A DNA stretch of 64,000 nucleotides from Octopus sinensis (Eukaryota), in contig NC_043002.1 of assembly GCF_006345805.1 (NCBI RefSeq), positions 10,044,001 through 10,108,000 of the forward strand, written 5' to 3'. A program made the translations under genes and the position numbers. Under the pieces are notes generated by a model. That model was not told the origin of the DNA and ran no database searches. It saw only the letters and a program-made list of their open reading frames with translations. Of this stretch, positions 1 through 13,185 are shown one piece after another. Positions within the stretch are counted from its first letter, which is position 1. Each line of letters begins with the position of its first letter.

Positions 1-143
1 CATGGCAACATCTGACACATAAATACAAACAGAAGCAATATGTTGATGTCAATATATGGTACAAACTCTAAATACTCCATTATATTTCGTTGACCATTAA
101 TTTAATATTGTCAAAATAATGTAACAGTATCTGTTGCTTCCAT

Positions 144-211
144 TCAGCATCGATTGAAATCCGGATAGTAAAACTTGAGGATATTCGAGATAATATGGGC
201 TGGGAAACAAA
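144..211 (-). CDS. Gene 1 probable terminal coding exon: (V)CFPAHIISNILKFYYPDFNRC*
   Basis: Acceptor cttttctacgtttatatattttacag; phase-1 start; adds 2 Cys (12 in total after exon 1) and ends in TGA. Confidence 0.7.
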
Positions 212-301
212 CTGTAAAATATATAAACGTAGAAAAGCGTTTTTCCTTTATGTTTGTGAAGGAAAGAGAGGATTCAATGTGTAATAATAATAATAATAAT
301 A

Positions 302-346
<45 letters not shown>

Positions 347-399
347 TAATAATAATAATAATAATAATAATAAAACTGATTGGAAGTGTTATCATGTAC

Positions 400-932
400 A
401 TTGCTTTGTCTTCGTATAAAAGATGGGCTACAGTAAATATTCTGCTTAATACCACAAATTTGCTTGTCAGCTGTTTGACCTTAACCAGTTGAGCATGTCC
501 CTTAGTGGCTAACGATATGTGCATCACTGATCACGAGCAGAAGTAGTGGGGGAGCATCATAGCCATGTGTTGAGAGGGATTCTTTAGGGTTTGGATAATA
601 TACCTCTGGAAACATAGCTGTTTTGTTCAACATCCTTAAACAACCCTTATTCAGGGACCTTTTGAGCGGGATCGGTTACTCGACCAGAAGAAAATTCTAA
701 CTGGGCCCCACCTGCAAGGTCCTGTGCTGTTTATCTTGATATGAGATCACCATGTCACGCACATACGGTTGTGATGCATGTGCCTGGTGTACCCTTATCA
801 GACGGGTAGTCATGATGGGTATACTGGGCTTCGTATATTTTACCCCAGTGTCATTTTGATGGCATGCACTGCTCTCTCACTCAATAATAATAATAATGAT
901 AATAATAATAATAATAATAATAATACTAATAC

Positions 933-980
<48 letters not shown>

Positions 981-1375
981 GCAGTTGAGCAGTTCTTTTG
1001 ATGGATGACGATATGTGCATCTCTGATCACAAGCAGAAGTTGTTGGGGAACAGTATAGCCATGTGCTGAGAAGAATGTTTCAGCGTTTGGATAATACACA
1101 TCAAGAAACATGGTTGTTGCGTTCAACATGCTCAAACAACCCTTATTCAGGGACCTTTTGAGTGGGATGGGATACTCGATCTGGAGAAAATTCTAACTGG
1201 GCCCCACCTGCAAGGCCATGCGCTGTTTATCTTGATATGAGATCACCATGTCACGCACATACGGTTGAGATGCATGTGCTTGGTGTACCCTTATCAGACG
1301 GGTAGTCATGATAGGCTTCGTATATTTTACCTCAGTGTCAATGTGATGGCATGCACTGCTCTCTCACTCAACAAT
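400..1375 (+). repeat. Unclassified interspersed repeat ending in (AAT)n, two copies in tandem
   Basis: Same sequence at 26615-27180 (-) and 35495-35840 (-); always terminates ..CTCTCTCACTC-(AAT)n. Confidence 0.8.
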
Positions 1376-1589
1376 AATAATAATAATGATGATAATAATG
1401 ATGATGATAATAATGATAATGATGATAATGAAAATGATAATAATGATAATGATAATGATGATAATGATAATAATGATAATGATAATAATGATAATGATAA
1501 TGATGATAATGATAATGATAATAATGATACTGATAATGATGATAATAATAATGATGATAATTATAATGATAATAATGATAATAATGATA

Positions 1590-1634
<45 letters not shown>

Positions 1635-1823
1635 GTGATGGTGGTGATGGTGGTGATGATGATGATGGTGATGATGATGATGGTGATGATGATGATGATG
1701 GTGATGATGGTGATGATGGTGATGATGATGATGATGGTGATGATGGTGATGATGATGATGATGGTGATGATGGTGATGATGGTGATGATGATGATGATGG
1801 TGATGATGGTGATGATGATGGTG

Positions 1824-1908
<85 letters not shown>

Positions 1909-1925
1909 AATAGTGATGATAATAA
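1370..1925. repeat. Compound trinucleotide microsatellite (AAT/GAT/GGT); representative of many long (TAA)n, (TA)n, (CA)n, (TATG)n and (CCTA)n tracts
   Basis: Directly visible; these tracts explain most low-complexity ORFs in the track. Confidence 0.95.
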
Positions 1926-1989
1926 CGATTTCATTTATTTGTCACCCAGGTGAAAAATGACGGGGACAATACGAAGACAGACATAAAGT

Positions 1990-2400
1990 TTTGGCGTTTA
2001 CTCATAATGAAATGAAAAAAATAATAAATAAAATGTAATAAGTATACACGGAATACAATGCAAAGAAAGGTAAATATACATAGAAAACAAAAGGTTTTTA
2101 AAAGAGGTGGGGAGGGGAGGATGATAGAGATGCAGCCCTTCTGATACAGGATGACCTGTAGGGATAATCGAGAAACCCCACTGTCCAAGAATTCCCTGAG
2201 CACCAAGAGCAAGTGCCCGCTCCAATTCCTTCTCTCCGACTCACAGGTCTACACTTAGAGCAGTACCACCCACTCTTGCCTATTTTTGCAACTCTTACCC
2301 ACCGTTCAAGAAAATCACTTTCCTCTCCACTCTCAATTTCCTATTCAAGTGAAACTCGAAGAAGTCAATGAGAGCTCTACCAAAGAGGAATGTATCTGTT
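1990..2400 (-). mobile_element. Probable L1/Tx1 3' end and 3'UTR
   Basis: Degenerate ..KLRVERKV.. C-terminus followed by a pyrimidine/T-rich 3' tail; family assignment tentative. Confidence 0.4.
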
Positions 2401-3429
2401 CTCATATATATATTTCTTTACTACCCACAAGGGGCCAAACATAGAGGGGACAAACAAGGACAGACATAGGTATTAAGTCGATTACATCGACCCCAGTACG
2501 CAACTGGTACTTTATTTATCGACCCCGAAAGGATGAAAGGCAAAGTCGACCTTGGCGGAATTTGAACTCAGATCGTAACGACAGACGAAATACCTATTTC
2601 TTTACTACCCACAAGGGGCTAAACACAGAGGGGACAAACAAGGACAGACAAAGGGATTAAGTCGATTACATCGACCCCAGTACGCAACTGGTACTTTATT
2701 TATCGACCCCGAAAGGATGAAAGGCAAAGTCGACCTTGGCGGAATTTGAACTCAGATCGTAACGACAGACGAAATACCGCTAAGCATTTCGCCCGGCGCG
2801 CTAACGTTTCTGCCAGCTCTTCAGCCTCGTCCACCAAACAACCACTTCCGCTACAGCCATCAGACGAAGGAAAACTGCTTTCCCTGCCTGACTGAAGAGG
2901 GACGCAGCGAAATCATCCCTTCTACTCTTCTATATTACGTCTTACCTTCTAAACGTTCTTCATATGCCGTTACCGAAGGTTCAGTATAAAGCTTAGAGGG
3001 AACAGGTTGGTATATGAGAACTCTTTACTCTCTCTCTCTCTTTTACTGGTTTCAGTCATTTGACTGCGGCCATGCTGGAGCACCGCCTTTAATCGAGCAA
3101 CTCGACCCCGGGACTTATTCTTTGTTTGTAAGCCCTGTATTTATTCTATCGGTCTCTTTTGCCGAACCGCTAAGTAACGGGGACATAAAAACACCAGCAT
3201 CGGTTGTCAAGCAATGCTAGGGGGACAAACACAGACGCACAAACACACACACACACATACACATATATACATATATACGACGGGCTTCTTTCAGTTTCCG
3301 TCTACCAAATCCACTCACAAGGCTTTGGTGGGCCCGAGGCTATAGTAGAAGACACTTGCCCAAGGTGCCACGCAGTGGGACTGAACCCGGAACCATGTGG
3401 TTGGTAAACAGCCACTTACCACACAGCCA

Positions 3430-4080
3430 CAGTTTTCTTCAATTTAATTGTAATGCCCAATGACGAATATGCTGTAGATATCGCGTTGATCATGTGTTGC
3501 AGCTCTTCCTTCGAATGTCCTAACAAGTCAAATTCATCTGCATACAAGAACTTAATGATGTGAGAACGAAGAACTTCCATTTTGGCTCAAAACCTTACGA
3601 GGCTGAAAAGTTTTCTCTATATCTCTCTATATATAAACGGCAACATGTCTGTCTGTGTGTGTGTCCTTTATACAAATCCACAATTTTTCCGTTAGAGAGC
3701 TCACACTTTCTAAGGTTATTCAAAACCGTCCAAGGGTGGTCGTGCACATCGTTTGTGACTTTTTGTGAAATTTCTATCCAAAACCCAATCAAAATGCCCG
3801 AAACTTGATACGCCAATTGAAAGCTTGCTAGCTGTATGTGATTGATCGGAGATTTGGACAGTACTCGCGTGTATCTGTGCACGCACGCAGCTGTATATGC
3901 ATGCACTAGCACTACGGCCCGGCGTTGTCGGGTCATAGTGCTAGTCTTACATAAAACCCTTCAGTACAACCTTCAAAGACCATTTGAAATACAGAGAAAG
4001 CAAAGTAAGAGCGGGAAGATCACCCAGTTTCACACCATTTTCTTCAAAAATTGGGTCTGACTTTAACCTCCAGCATTAAC
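3430..4080 (-). mobile_element. RTE-clade RT fragment split by a Helitron
   Basis: NGVKLG..PALTLLSLYF, then GKLFSL..LYADEFDLLGHSKEELQHM..GITIKLKKT on either side of the insertion. Confidence 0.75.
3622..3944 (+). mobile_element. Non-autonomous Helitron
   Basis: 5' TC, subterminal hairpin CCCGGCGTTGTCGGG, 3' CTAG followed by T; no target-site duplication (TSD). Confidence 0.7.
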
Positions 4081-4320
4081 TCTCACCTCCACCCCTTCAT
4101 GAAATTGTCTAAGCATTCTCACGGAATTTTGAGGACAGACTAGCTCATTCAAGATCTCCCAAAGGGCAATATATATACCTATATATATGCAAGCATATCT
4201 TCATACATGTGTGTGTTTGCATGTAAGGGCATCTGGATGTATGTTCATGTGATAGTAAGTTTTATTAAAGGGAGAATGTTTACATGTATATATGACGGGA
4301 AGATGTTAGGTTATACTCAC

Positions 4321-4452
4321 CTAAATTAAATTGCATACTGAGTTTGGCCACACTACCATATACGCTACAGTACAGTGTTACACACATATTGTGATAAACA
4401 CCAAGCCACTGCTGGCCATGAAGCCTGCAGTTTCCTCGATGATCCCTACAAT
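4321..4452 (-). CDS. Gene 1 coding exon 3: (Y)CRDHRGNCRLHGQQWLGVYHNMCVTLYCSVYGSVAKLSMQFNL
   Basis: Acceptor taataatttcag, donor GTGAGT, 132 nt, phase 1-1. 16 of 28 residues identical to the exon at 34341 across the Cys block. Confidence 0.92.
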
Positions 4453-5005
4453 CTGAAATTATTAATGCAAAATGTAAAAGTCATTGATTCATCGACACAT
4501 ATACACAGCAATCACTACGTGTGTTTCTTATTTCTTTATTACCCACAGGGGGCTAAGCATAGAGGGGACAAACAAGGACAGGCAAAGGGATTAAGTCAAT
4601 TATATCGACTCTAGCGCGTAACAGGTACTTAATTTGTCGACCTAGAAAGGATGAAAGGCAAAGTCGACCTCGGCGGAATTTGAATTCAGAACGTAGCGGC
4701 AGACGAAATATCTATTTCTTTACTACCCACAGGGGGCTAAACATAGAGGAGGACAAACAAGAACAGACAAACGGATTAAGTCGATTATATCGACTCCAGT
4801 ACGTAACTGGTACTTATTTAATTGACCCCGAAAGGATGAAAGGCAAAGTCGACCTCGGCGGAATTTGAATTCAGAACGTAACGGTAGACGAAATACGACT
4901 ACGCATCTCGCCCGGCGTGCTAACGTTTCTGCCAGCCCGACGCCTTAAATCACAGTCTGTGTTTCTGAGCTTCTGTCACTCTCACTGCGACTATTCCCCT
5001 TATAG

Positions 5006-5049
<44 letters not shown>

Positions 5050-5625
5050 GTACTTAATTATCGTCGCCGAAAGGCTGAAAGGCAAAGTGGACCACGGCAG
5101 AATTTGAAATCAGAACGTAGCGGCAGACGAAATACGGCTAAGCATTTCGCCCGGAGTGCTAACGATTCTGCCCGCTCGCCTAACAAAGGACTACCATTCA
5201 CATACTACCTACAACATCCTCCCATTTTTTTTCTACCTTCCACTTCTACTAGCCTACTAACCTCCTTATTAACCCCCAATCTTTGATATTTATTTTCTGC
5301 TCTCATTATTCTCTATCCGAACACCTCCGCAATTCCCACCTTTAATACACGTAGTTCTACTCAATAATCCATCCATCTTTGAACTTCTTTCTTTGAAAAC
5401 CTCAAATGTCGGACCTTTTCCCTGATGACGGAAGCTCGTCTCATGCGACATCGAAATTAATCTACAAATATTAATCTGGATCACCGAGCCCCACAAACGG
5501 CTGTTGGATATTTTTCTTCAACCACTTTAATTCTTGATATCATTTTTATTCTGCATACGTCACACCATTTTATATGTAAACACTCATTTTTTCGTATGTC
5601 AATATAAACAGATATACAAACACAA

Positions 5626-5691
<66 letters not shown>

Positions 5692-5908
5692 AAACGCACG
5701 CACACACACACATACACTGACACACATACCCAGACACACACACCTATTGTATTATAAAATAAATGCAGGAAAATATAATATATAATCGCTCTTATTAAAT
5801 GTCTAAATACTTTAGTGTTTTAGACACTTCCCTACGAAGAGCACTTGCTAAAAAAATTTCAGTATATTGTATTCTCATTGAATATATTTGATTAACGATA
5901 TATATATA

Positions 5909-5990
<82 letters not shown>

Positions 5991-6011
5991 ATAATATATA
6001 TATATATATAT

Positions 6012-6417
6012 AGCGCAGGAGTGGCTATGTGGTAAGTAGCTTGTTTACCAACCACATGGTTCCGGGTTCAGTCCCACTGCGTGGCACCTTGGGCAAGTGT
6101 CTTCTACTATAGCCTCGGGCCGACCAAAGCCTTGTGAGTGGATTTAGTAGACGGAAACTGAAAGAAGCCCGTCGTATATGTGTATATATATATGCGTGTT
6201 TGTGTGTCTGTGTTTGTACCCCTAGCATTGCTTGACAACCGATGCTGGTGTGTTTATGTCCCCGTTACTTAGCGGTTCGGCCAAAGAGACCGATAGAATA
6301 AGTACTGGGCTTACAAAAGAATAAGTCCCGGGGTCGAGTTGCTCGATTAAAGGCGGTGCTCCAGCATGGCCGCAGTCAAATGACTGAAACAAGTAAAAGA
6401 GTAAAAGAGTAAAAGAA
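6012..6417 (+). mobile_element. tRNA-derived SINE family A (representative copy)
   Basis: A/B boxes TGGCT(G/A)TGTGG and GGTTCAGTCC, internal (TA/TG)n, LINE-like tail with (GTAAAAGA)n. Other copies near 3020-3431, 6553-6730, 7478-7872, 9375-10535, 10699-11125, 11357-11760, 30697-31078, 37222-38072, 53618-53996 and 62095-62942. Confidence 0.85.
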
Positions 6418-6456
6418 TATAAATAAATAAATATAATATATATATATAATAAATAA

Positions 6457-6521
<65 letters not shown>

Positions 6522-6728
6522 TGTGTGTGTGTGTCTGTGTGTGTGTATATATAGGCGCAGGAGTGGCTGTGTGGTAAGTAGCTTCCTTGTTCAGATATAT
6601 ATCCTTACCAACAACATGGTTCTGGGTTCAGAACTGCGTGGCGCCTTGGACAAGTTTCTTCTAGTATAACCTCGGGCCGACCAAGGCCTTATGAGTGGAT
6701 TTGGTATACGGAAACTGAAAGGGCGTCG

Positions 6729-6760
<32 letters not shown>

Positions 6761-6765
<5 letters not shown>

Positions 6766-6973
6766 CAAGAAAAAAGTAACAAAAATGGATCAATATTTCG
6801 GTACAATTGTTTCGTACGAAGACCACCTTTATTAAGGCTACAAAAATTGCAGCAAATACACGTGACCCGTACATGTATTTGCTGCAATATTTGCAGCCTT
6901 AATAAAAGTTGTCTTCGTTCGGAACAATTGTACCGATATATTGATCCATTTTAATTGCTTTTTTCTTGCTTAT
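6761..6973. mobile_element. Foldback MITE (~100-bp imperfect arms)
   Basis: aagcaagaaaaaag..ttgcagcaaatac / gtatttgctgcaa..ctttttcttgctt. Confidence 0.7.
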
Positions 6974-7083
6974 AATCACCCCACATTATCTTATGGTTAA
7001 TACCATATAGATTTCTGGTGCATCTAAGTTAAGTACCTCATTCATGTGAATTCAACAGAACTCACTTGAATCTTAATTGCTTT

Positions 7084-7182
<99 letters not shown>

Positions 7183-9032
7183 GCATACGTATAAGCATCT
7201 GTGCACACGAATAGTCACGTGGTTGTTCAGATATATATCTATACACCTAACCACATACAAGCATTTACATCACTTTAATATGCACATACACACACACGTA
7301 TATAATACATGCATTCCTATACACTTACACATATATAGACAAATACATACATAAGTATACACTCATACACACACACACACACACACATATATACATACAG
7401 AGTGCGATGAATATATTTTCATCTAAATTAAGCCAAGATGAAAATAACACTGACATCAATTTAACTTATATATTCTTTTACTCTTTTACTTGTTTCAGAT
7501 ATTTGACTGCGGCCATGCTGGAGCACCGCCTTTAGTCGAGCAAATCGACCCCGGGACTTATTCTTTGTAAGCCCAGTACTTATTCTATCGGTCTCTTTTG
7601 CCGAACCGCTAAGTGACGGGGACGTAAACACACCAGCATCGGTTGTCAAGCAATGCTAGAGAGACAAACACAGACAAACATATACACACACATACATATA
7701 TATATACGGCAGGCTTCTTTCAGTTTCCGTCTACCAAATCCACTCACAAGGCTTTGGTCGGCCCGAGGCTATAGTAGAAGACATTTGCCCAAGATGCCAC
7801 GCAGTGGGACTGAACCCGGCAACCATGTGGTTGGTTAGCAAGCTACTTACCACACAGCCACTCCTGCGCCTATATATAATTACAGAAATTACATAAAAAT
7901 ATTTTGAAATACCAAAAAGTAAATTTTTTCAATGAAATCGCCATTTAGCTTCAACCACGACCTCCAGATGACTTCGAAATGTCCCGCGCGTCTACTGGAC
8001 GGTCTCTTTGTTTAAGTTGGTGAATGCTGCCATAATCTTTGGCTTCAGTTCATCATTGGTGCTACAAGGACTTCTGTTGGTCCCTCGCTCAGCAGCGCCC
8101 CACGCATAATAATGAATGGATTGCTATTTTAAAAGGCGGCAAGCTGGCAGAAACGTTAGCACGCCTGGCGAAATGTTTAGCCGTATTTCGTCTGCCGCTA
8201 CGTTCTGAGTTCAAAATCCGCCGAGGTCGACTTTGCCTTTCATTTCGGGGTCGATAAATTAAGTACCAGTTACGCACTAGGGTCGACGTAATCGACTTAA
8301 TCCGTTTGTCTGTCCTTTTTTCTCCCCTCTGTGTTTAGCCCATTTGGGGTAGTAAAGAAATATATTTTGGGGAGTTTCTTAGCCAGACGTTAGGGGCAAT
8401 GCGGTCACAGCCATTGTGTTGGATGGTACAGAGTTCGGTTACCAAACACAGGATCTTCCATTTCCCAACTTCTTGGCCTAGGGTAGCACTACCTCCGCCA
8501 GGCACTTGATGTAGGCTTCTGTGCTAATTGTGAGGCTATTGGGGGAACATGAATGGGGGCATAACGTCACCATCACGAGTGATCAATCCAAACACCATGA
8601 TGTTGACTGATTTGATTTTGATTTTGATTTTTCCAGTTTCAGCTCATGAGCTGTGGCCATGCTGGGGCACCGCCATTTCGATTTTTCGATTGTTCGATTT
8701 TTATTTATCTCGTTACATGTCTTCAGAATTCACTGTCCTCTGTATATGCATATCTGTCTGTTTGTGTGTGTGTGTGTGTGTCTGTGTACATGTGTGTATG
8801 TGTGTGTGTGTGTGTATTTTGTGTGCGCCTATTTGGTCGCTGTGAATGTGCGTGTGTGATGTGAATGGTCGTTGCTTCTGTAGGTTTATGTGTGCCAGTG
8901 TTTGAGTTTGGGAATCTCTCTTTCCTCATTGAAGAGACTAAAGCTTATATTTACGAAAGTATTACATTTGAGTGTAATATTGCAACTTAACTGCTCGACC
9001 TTTAAGGGCTCAGTTTTATAGTGTTTACTTAC

Positions 9033-9155
9033 ATATTTTCTCAATTTTTGTCTGGTTATTTCTGCATTCTATCAGTTTGCAATCATATTTCGATCTAAGG
9101 ATGGCAGTTTGATCTTCACATATGCAATGTTTGTCGACGTAACAACCCGAACAGC
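9033..9155 (-). CDS. Gene 1 coding exon 2: (S)CSGCYVDKHCICEDQTAILRSKYDCKLIECRNNQTKIEKI
   Basis: Acceptor cttttgttttgtcttcag, donor GTAAGT, 123 nt, phase 1-1, open frame. Same length and Cys spacing as 30358-30480. Confidence 0.92.
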
Positions 9156-9553
9156 CTGAAGACAAAACAAAAGTATGATTTACGGTTTAGAAGCAAGTCA
9201 TTCACATTTTTCGTGAGAAAATAATGCAGTCATCATATCCAATAGATGTTATCTTAACCAAGAGCTTTGTTACAAGCTGGCAGAATCATTAGCATGCCAG
9301 ATAAACTGCTTAGTAGCATTTCTTGACTGAATGTCCTGAGTTCAATTGCAGCCAATGTTGACTTTGCTTTTCCAGGCGCAGGAGTGGCTGTGTGGTAAGT
9401 AGCTTGTTTACCAATCACATGGTTCCGGGTTCAGTCCCACTGCGTGACACCTTGGGCAAGTGTCTTCTACTATAGCCTCGGGCCGACCAAAGCCTTGTGA
9501 GAGGATTTGGTAGACGGAAACTGAAAGAAGCCCGTCGTATATATATATATATA

Positions 9554-10227
9554 CAGGGTCAGGCAAAATGATCTGACACATTTGTAGGTTAAATAAAAGG
9601 CAAATGAAGTAAAGAAACAAAAAAGCGTTTTTATTTTTGAAAAGTAGATATAATGCCATTTTGTTTCATTATGTTTTAAAAATTAAATCAGTCAAATGGG
9701 ATCCATTATTGTCCACACACTGTCGAAGGCGTTCACGAAAGTTGTCAATAACTCGGCGGGTCATTTCATGTGGAATGGCAGTAATTTCTTGACGAATTGC
9801 ATCTTCTCGACGTGCGATGGGGATTTTGAGGAATATGTTCCCTGGTCATTTGATCTCATTGCGTGGTGACATCGGTTGGCCCGCCCGTTCACCTGATTTA
9901 AATCTGTGCGATTTTTTTCTCTGGGGATACCTCAAGTCAAAGGTATACATTAATCGCCCTCGATCTATTGAACAACTTAAAGATGCAATTCGTCAAGAAA
10001 TTACTGCCATTCCACATGAAATGACCCGCCGAGTTATTGACAACTTTCGTGAACGCATTCGACAGTGTGTGGACAATAATGGATCCCATTTGACTGATTT
10101 AATTTTTAAAACATAATGAAACAAAATGGCATTATATGTACTTTTCAAAATAAAAACACTTTTTTGTTTCTTTACTTCATTTGCCTTTTATTTAACCTAC
10201 AAATGTGTCAGATCATTTTGCCTGACC

Positions 10228-10230
<3 letters not shown>
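9554..10230 (+). mobile_element. Tc1/mariner (maT-like) deletion derivative with ~250-bp inverted ends
   Basis: WPARSPDLNLCDFFLWGYLKSKVY transposase C-terminus; 9554-9805 is the reverse complement of 9980-10230; TA flanks; inserted in the internal (TA)n of a SINE. Confidence 0.88.
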
Positions 10231-10313
<83 letters not shown>

Positions 10314-12746
10314 TGTGTTTGTTTGTGTGTCAGTGTTTCTCCCCCTAGCATTGCTTGACAACCGATGCTGGTGTGTTTATGTCCCCGTTACTTAGCGGTT
10401 CGGCAAAAGTGACCGATAGAATAAGTACTGGGCTTACAAAAGAATAAGTCCCGGGGTCGAGTTGCTCGATTAAAGGCGGTGCTCCAGCATGGCCGCAGTC
10501 AAAATGACTGAAACAAGTAAAAGAGAGAGTAAAGAGTCGAATATTAAATTAGATTGCTGGATGTTGATAAATAGTCAGAACACGAATAAAGAAAGCATAT
10601 TAGTGGCACACATTGAGAAATAGGAAAATACTGATTTGTATGCCGTTTAGATTTTTCACAAGCAGTAGTAGAAGAAAAAGTAGTGAATAACGGAATATAG
10701 GCGTAGAAGTGGCTGTGTGGTAAGTAGCTTGCTAACCAACCACATGGTTCAGGGTTCAGTCCCACTGCGTGGCACCTTGGGCAAGTGTCTTCTACTATAG
10801 CCTCGGGCCAACCAAAGCCTTGTGAGTGGATTTTGTAGACGGAAACTGAAAGAAGCCTGTCGTATATATGTATATATATATATATGTATATGTGTGTATA
10901 TGTTTATGTGTGTCTGTATTTGTCCCCCCTAGCATTGCTTAACAACCGATGCTGGCGTGTTTACGTCCCCGTCACTTAGCTGTTCATCAAAAGAGACCGA
11001 TAGAATAAGTACTGGGGTTACAAAGAATAAGTCCCGGGGTCGATTTGCTCGACTAAAGGCGGTGCTCCAGCATGGCCGCAGTCAAATGACTGAAACAAGT
11101 AAAAGAGTAAAAGAGTAAAAGAGTAAGGTAGAATGAGAGAATTTGGAGATTCAAATCTCTAACAATCTCTATACTATTAAATCACAAGGCAAAACTAAAC
11201 TGCTTCGTCATTGCAGATCAGTGGTTTAGTAGATGTTTATCGAATATGTTCGTATAATATTTTCAAAAACAATAACAGGAAGTACAAAATACGAAAATGA
11301 ATTAGCGTTCGCGTTTGCACTTAAGAAGGCTTTATGTCTGTAAAAGATGAGTTACTCGTTTACTCTTTTACTCTTTTACTTGTTTCAGTCATTTGACTGT
11401 GGCCATGCAGGAGCACCGCCTTTAGTCGAGTAAATCGACCCCAGGACTTATTCTTTGTAAGCCTAGTACTTATTATATTGGTCTCTTTTGCCGAACCGCT
11501 AGGTTACAGGGACGTAAACACACCAGCATCGGTTGTCAAGCGATGTGGGGGGGGACAAACACAGACACACAAACACACACACAAATATATATATATACAT
11601 ATATACGACGGGCTTCTTTCAGTTTCCGTCTACCAAATGCACTCACAAGGCTTTAGTCGGCCCGAGGCTATAGTAGAAGACACTTGCCCAAAGTGCCACG
11701 CAGTGGGACTGAACCCGGAACCATGTGGTTGGTAAGCCAGCTACTTACCACACAGCCACTCGCGCCACAGTTTCGTATAAATAAATATATTTTTCTACTT
11801 TGGGCAAAAGGCTCAAAATTTCTGGAGCGGGGGGCCAGTCGATTAGATCGACTGCAGTGCGTAACTGGTACTTAATTTATCGACCAGCGAAAGGATGAGA
11901 GGCAAAGTCGACCTCGGCGGAATTTGAACTCAGAACATGAAGGCAGACGGAATACCTATTTCTTTACTACCCACAAGGGGATAAACACAGAGAGGACAAA
12001 CAAGGACAGACACACGGATTAAGTCGATTATATCGACCCCAGTGCGTAACTGGTACTTATTTACTCGACCCCGAAAGGATGAAAGGCAAAGTCGACCTCG
12101 GCGAAATTTGAACTCAGAACGTAGCGACAGACGAAATACCGCTAAGCATTTCGCCCGGCGTGCTAACGTTTCTGCCAGCTCGCCGCTTTAGACAGACGAA
12201 ATACCTATTTCTTTACTACCCACAAGGGGCTAAACACAGAGAGGACAACCAAGGACAGAACACGGATTAAGTCGATTATATCGACCCTAGTGCGTAACTG
12301 GTACTTATTTAATCGACCCCGAAAGGATGAAAGGCAAAGTCGACCTCGGCAGAATTTGAACTCAGAACGTAGTGGTAGACGAAATGCCACGAAGCGTTTC
12401 ACCCGGTGTGCTTATTTACTTACTCCCCGACCTCGGCGGAATTTCAAATCAGAACATAGCGGCAGACGAAACACCGCTAAGAATTTCGCCGGGCGTGCTA
12501 ACGTTTCTGCCAGCTCACCGCCTCGTGTAAATAAATATATTTACGGATGTTAATTTATTAGTTCACAGAGAAACGCAGCGTTCTAGAAGATCAGTGTTAA
12601 AACTTGATATATAGTTTTTGTAATATCGGTATTTAAACTTTATTTACAGACGTTGTAGGTGTGAAGATGATCGACAATAAAATTCGTACTGATTAGATTA
12701 TTTATTTTAGCGAATTACAAAATTTTGCAAATGGTTTTAGAAACTA

Positions 12747-13129
12747 CTAGCAGTATCGCCCGGCGTTGCTCAGGTTTGTAAGGGAAATAACTATAAAGCA
12801 TTTTTAGAGAGTTCTAGCCAAAAAATAGCAAAAAATAGAAAAAATGATGTTAAATTTTTTTTTGAGATTTAAAAAAGGTGGAGTTGCGTCCCCTAGACAG
12901 TTTATGGTTTGTGTTCTGATTCTCGACCCCATGTCGAATTTATCGATTTTTTTCAGAACTGGGGGATCTTTTCAAAATTTTCGCTGCGTTAGTTTTGAAT
13001 TATGACATTGGGCTATGTTTGTGTCAAGTTTCATCAGAATCGGTTGAAAGCCGTGGTCAGGGTGAGGGTACAAGCAACAGACACACAGAAGAAACACGCA
13101 CAGACAAACTGCCGTTTATTAGAGAGAGA
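12747..13129 (-). mobile_element. Non-autonomous Helitron
   Basis: 3' hairpin + CTAG end shared with 33639-34034. Confidence 0.7.
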
Positions 13130-13185
13130 TTCACAATAATATCTGACCGTTTGAAATGTTGAAGGCGACTGGAGGAAGAATTATG

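Noticed and set aside
1265-1960. Long Asp/Asn/His/Met-rich ORFs, and the poly-YI/HT/NN ORFs across the track (e.g. 50984-51952, 27800-28498)
   Set aside because: Translations of stop-free microsatellites with no splice or homology support.
5415-5490. CTGATGA...GAAA with a possible stem III (AUUAAU/AUUAAU)
   Set aside because: Stems I and II cannot be closed next to the core, so not called as a ribozyme.
9076-9172. Plus-strand Cys-containing exon-like stretch (CNHISI*GWQFDLHICNVC)
   Set aside because: Contains a stop and is phase-asymmetric; it is the antisense of gene 1 exon 2, which reads cleanly on the minus strand.
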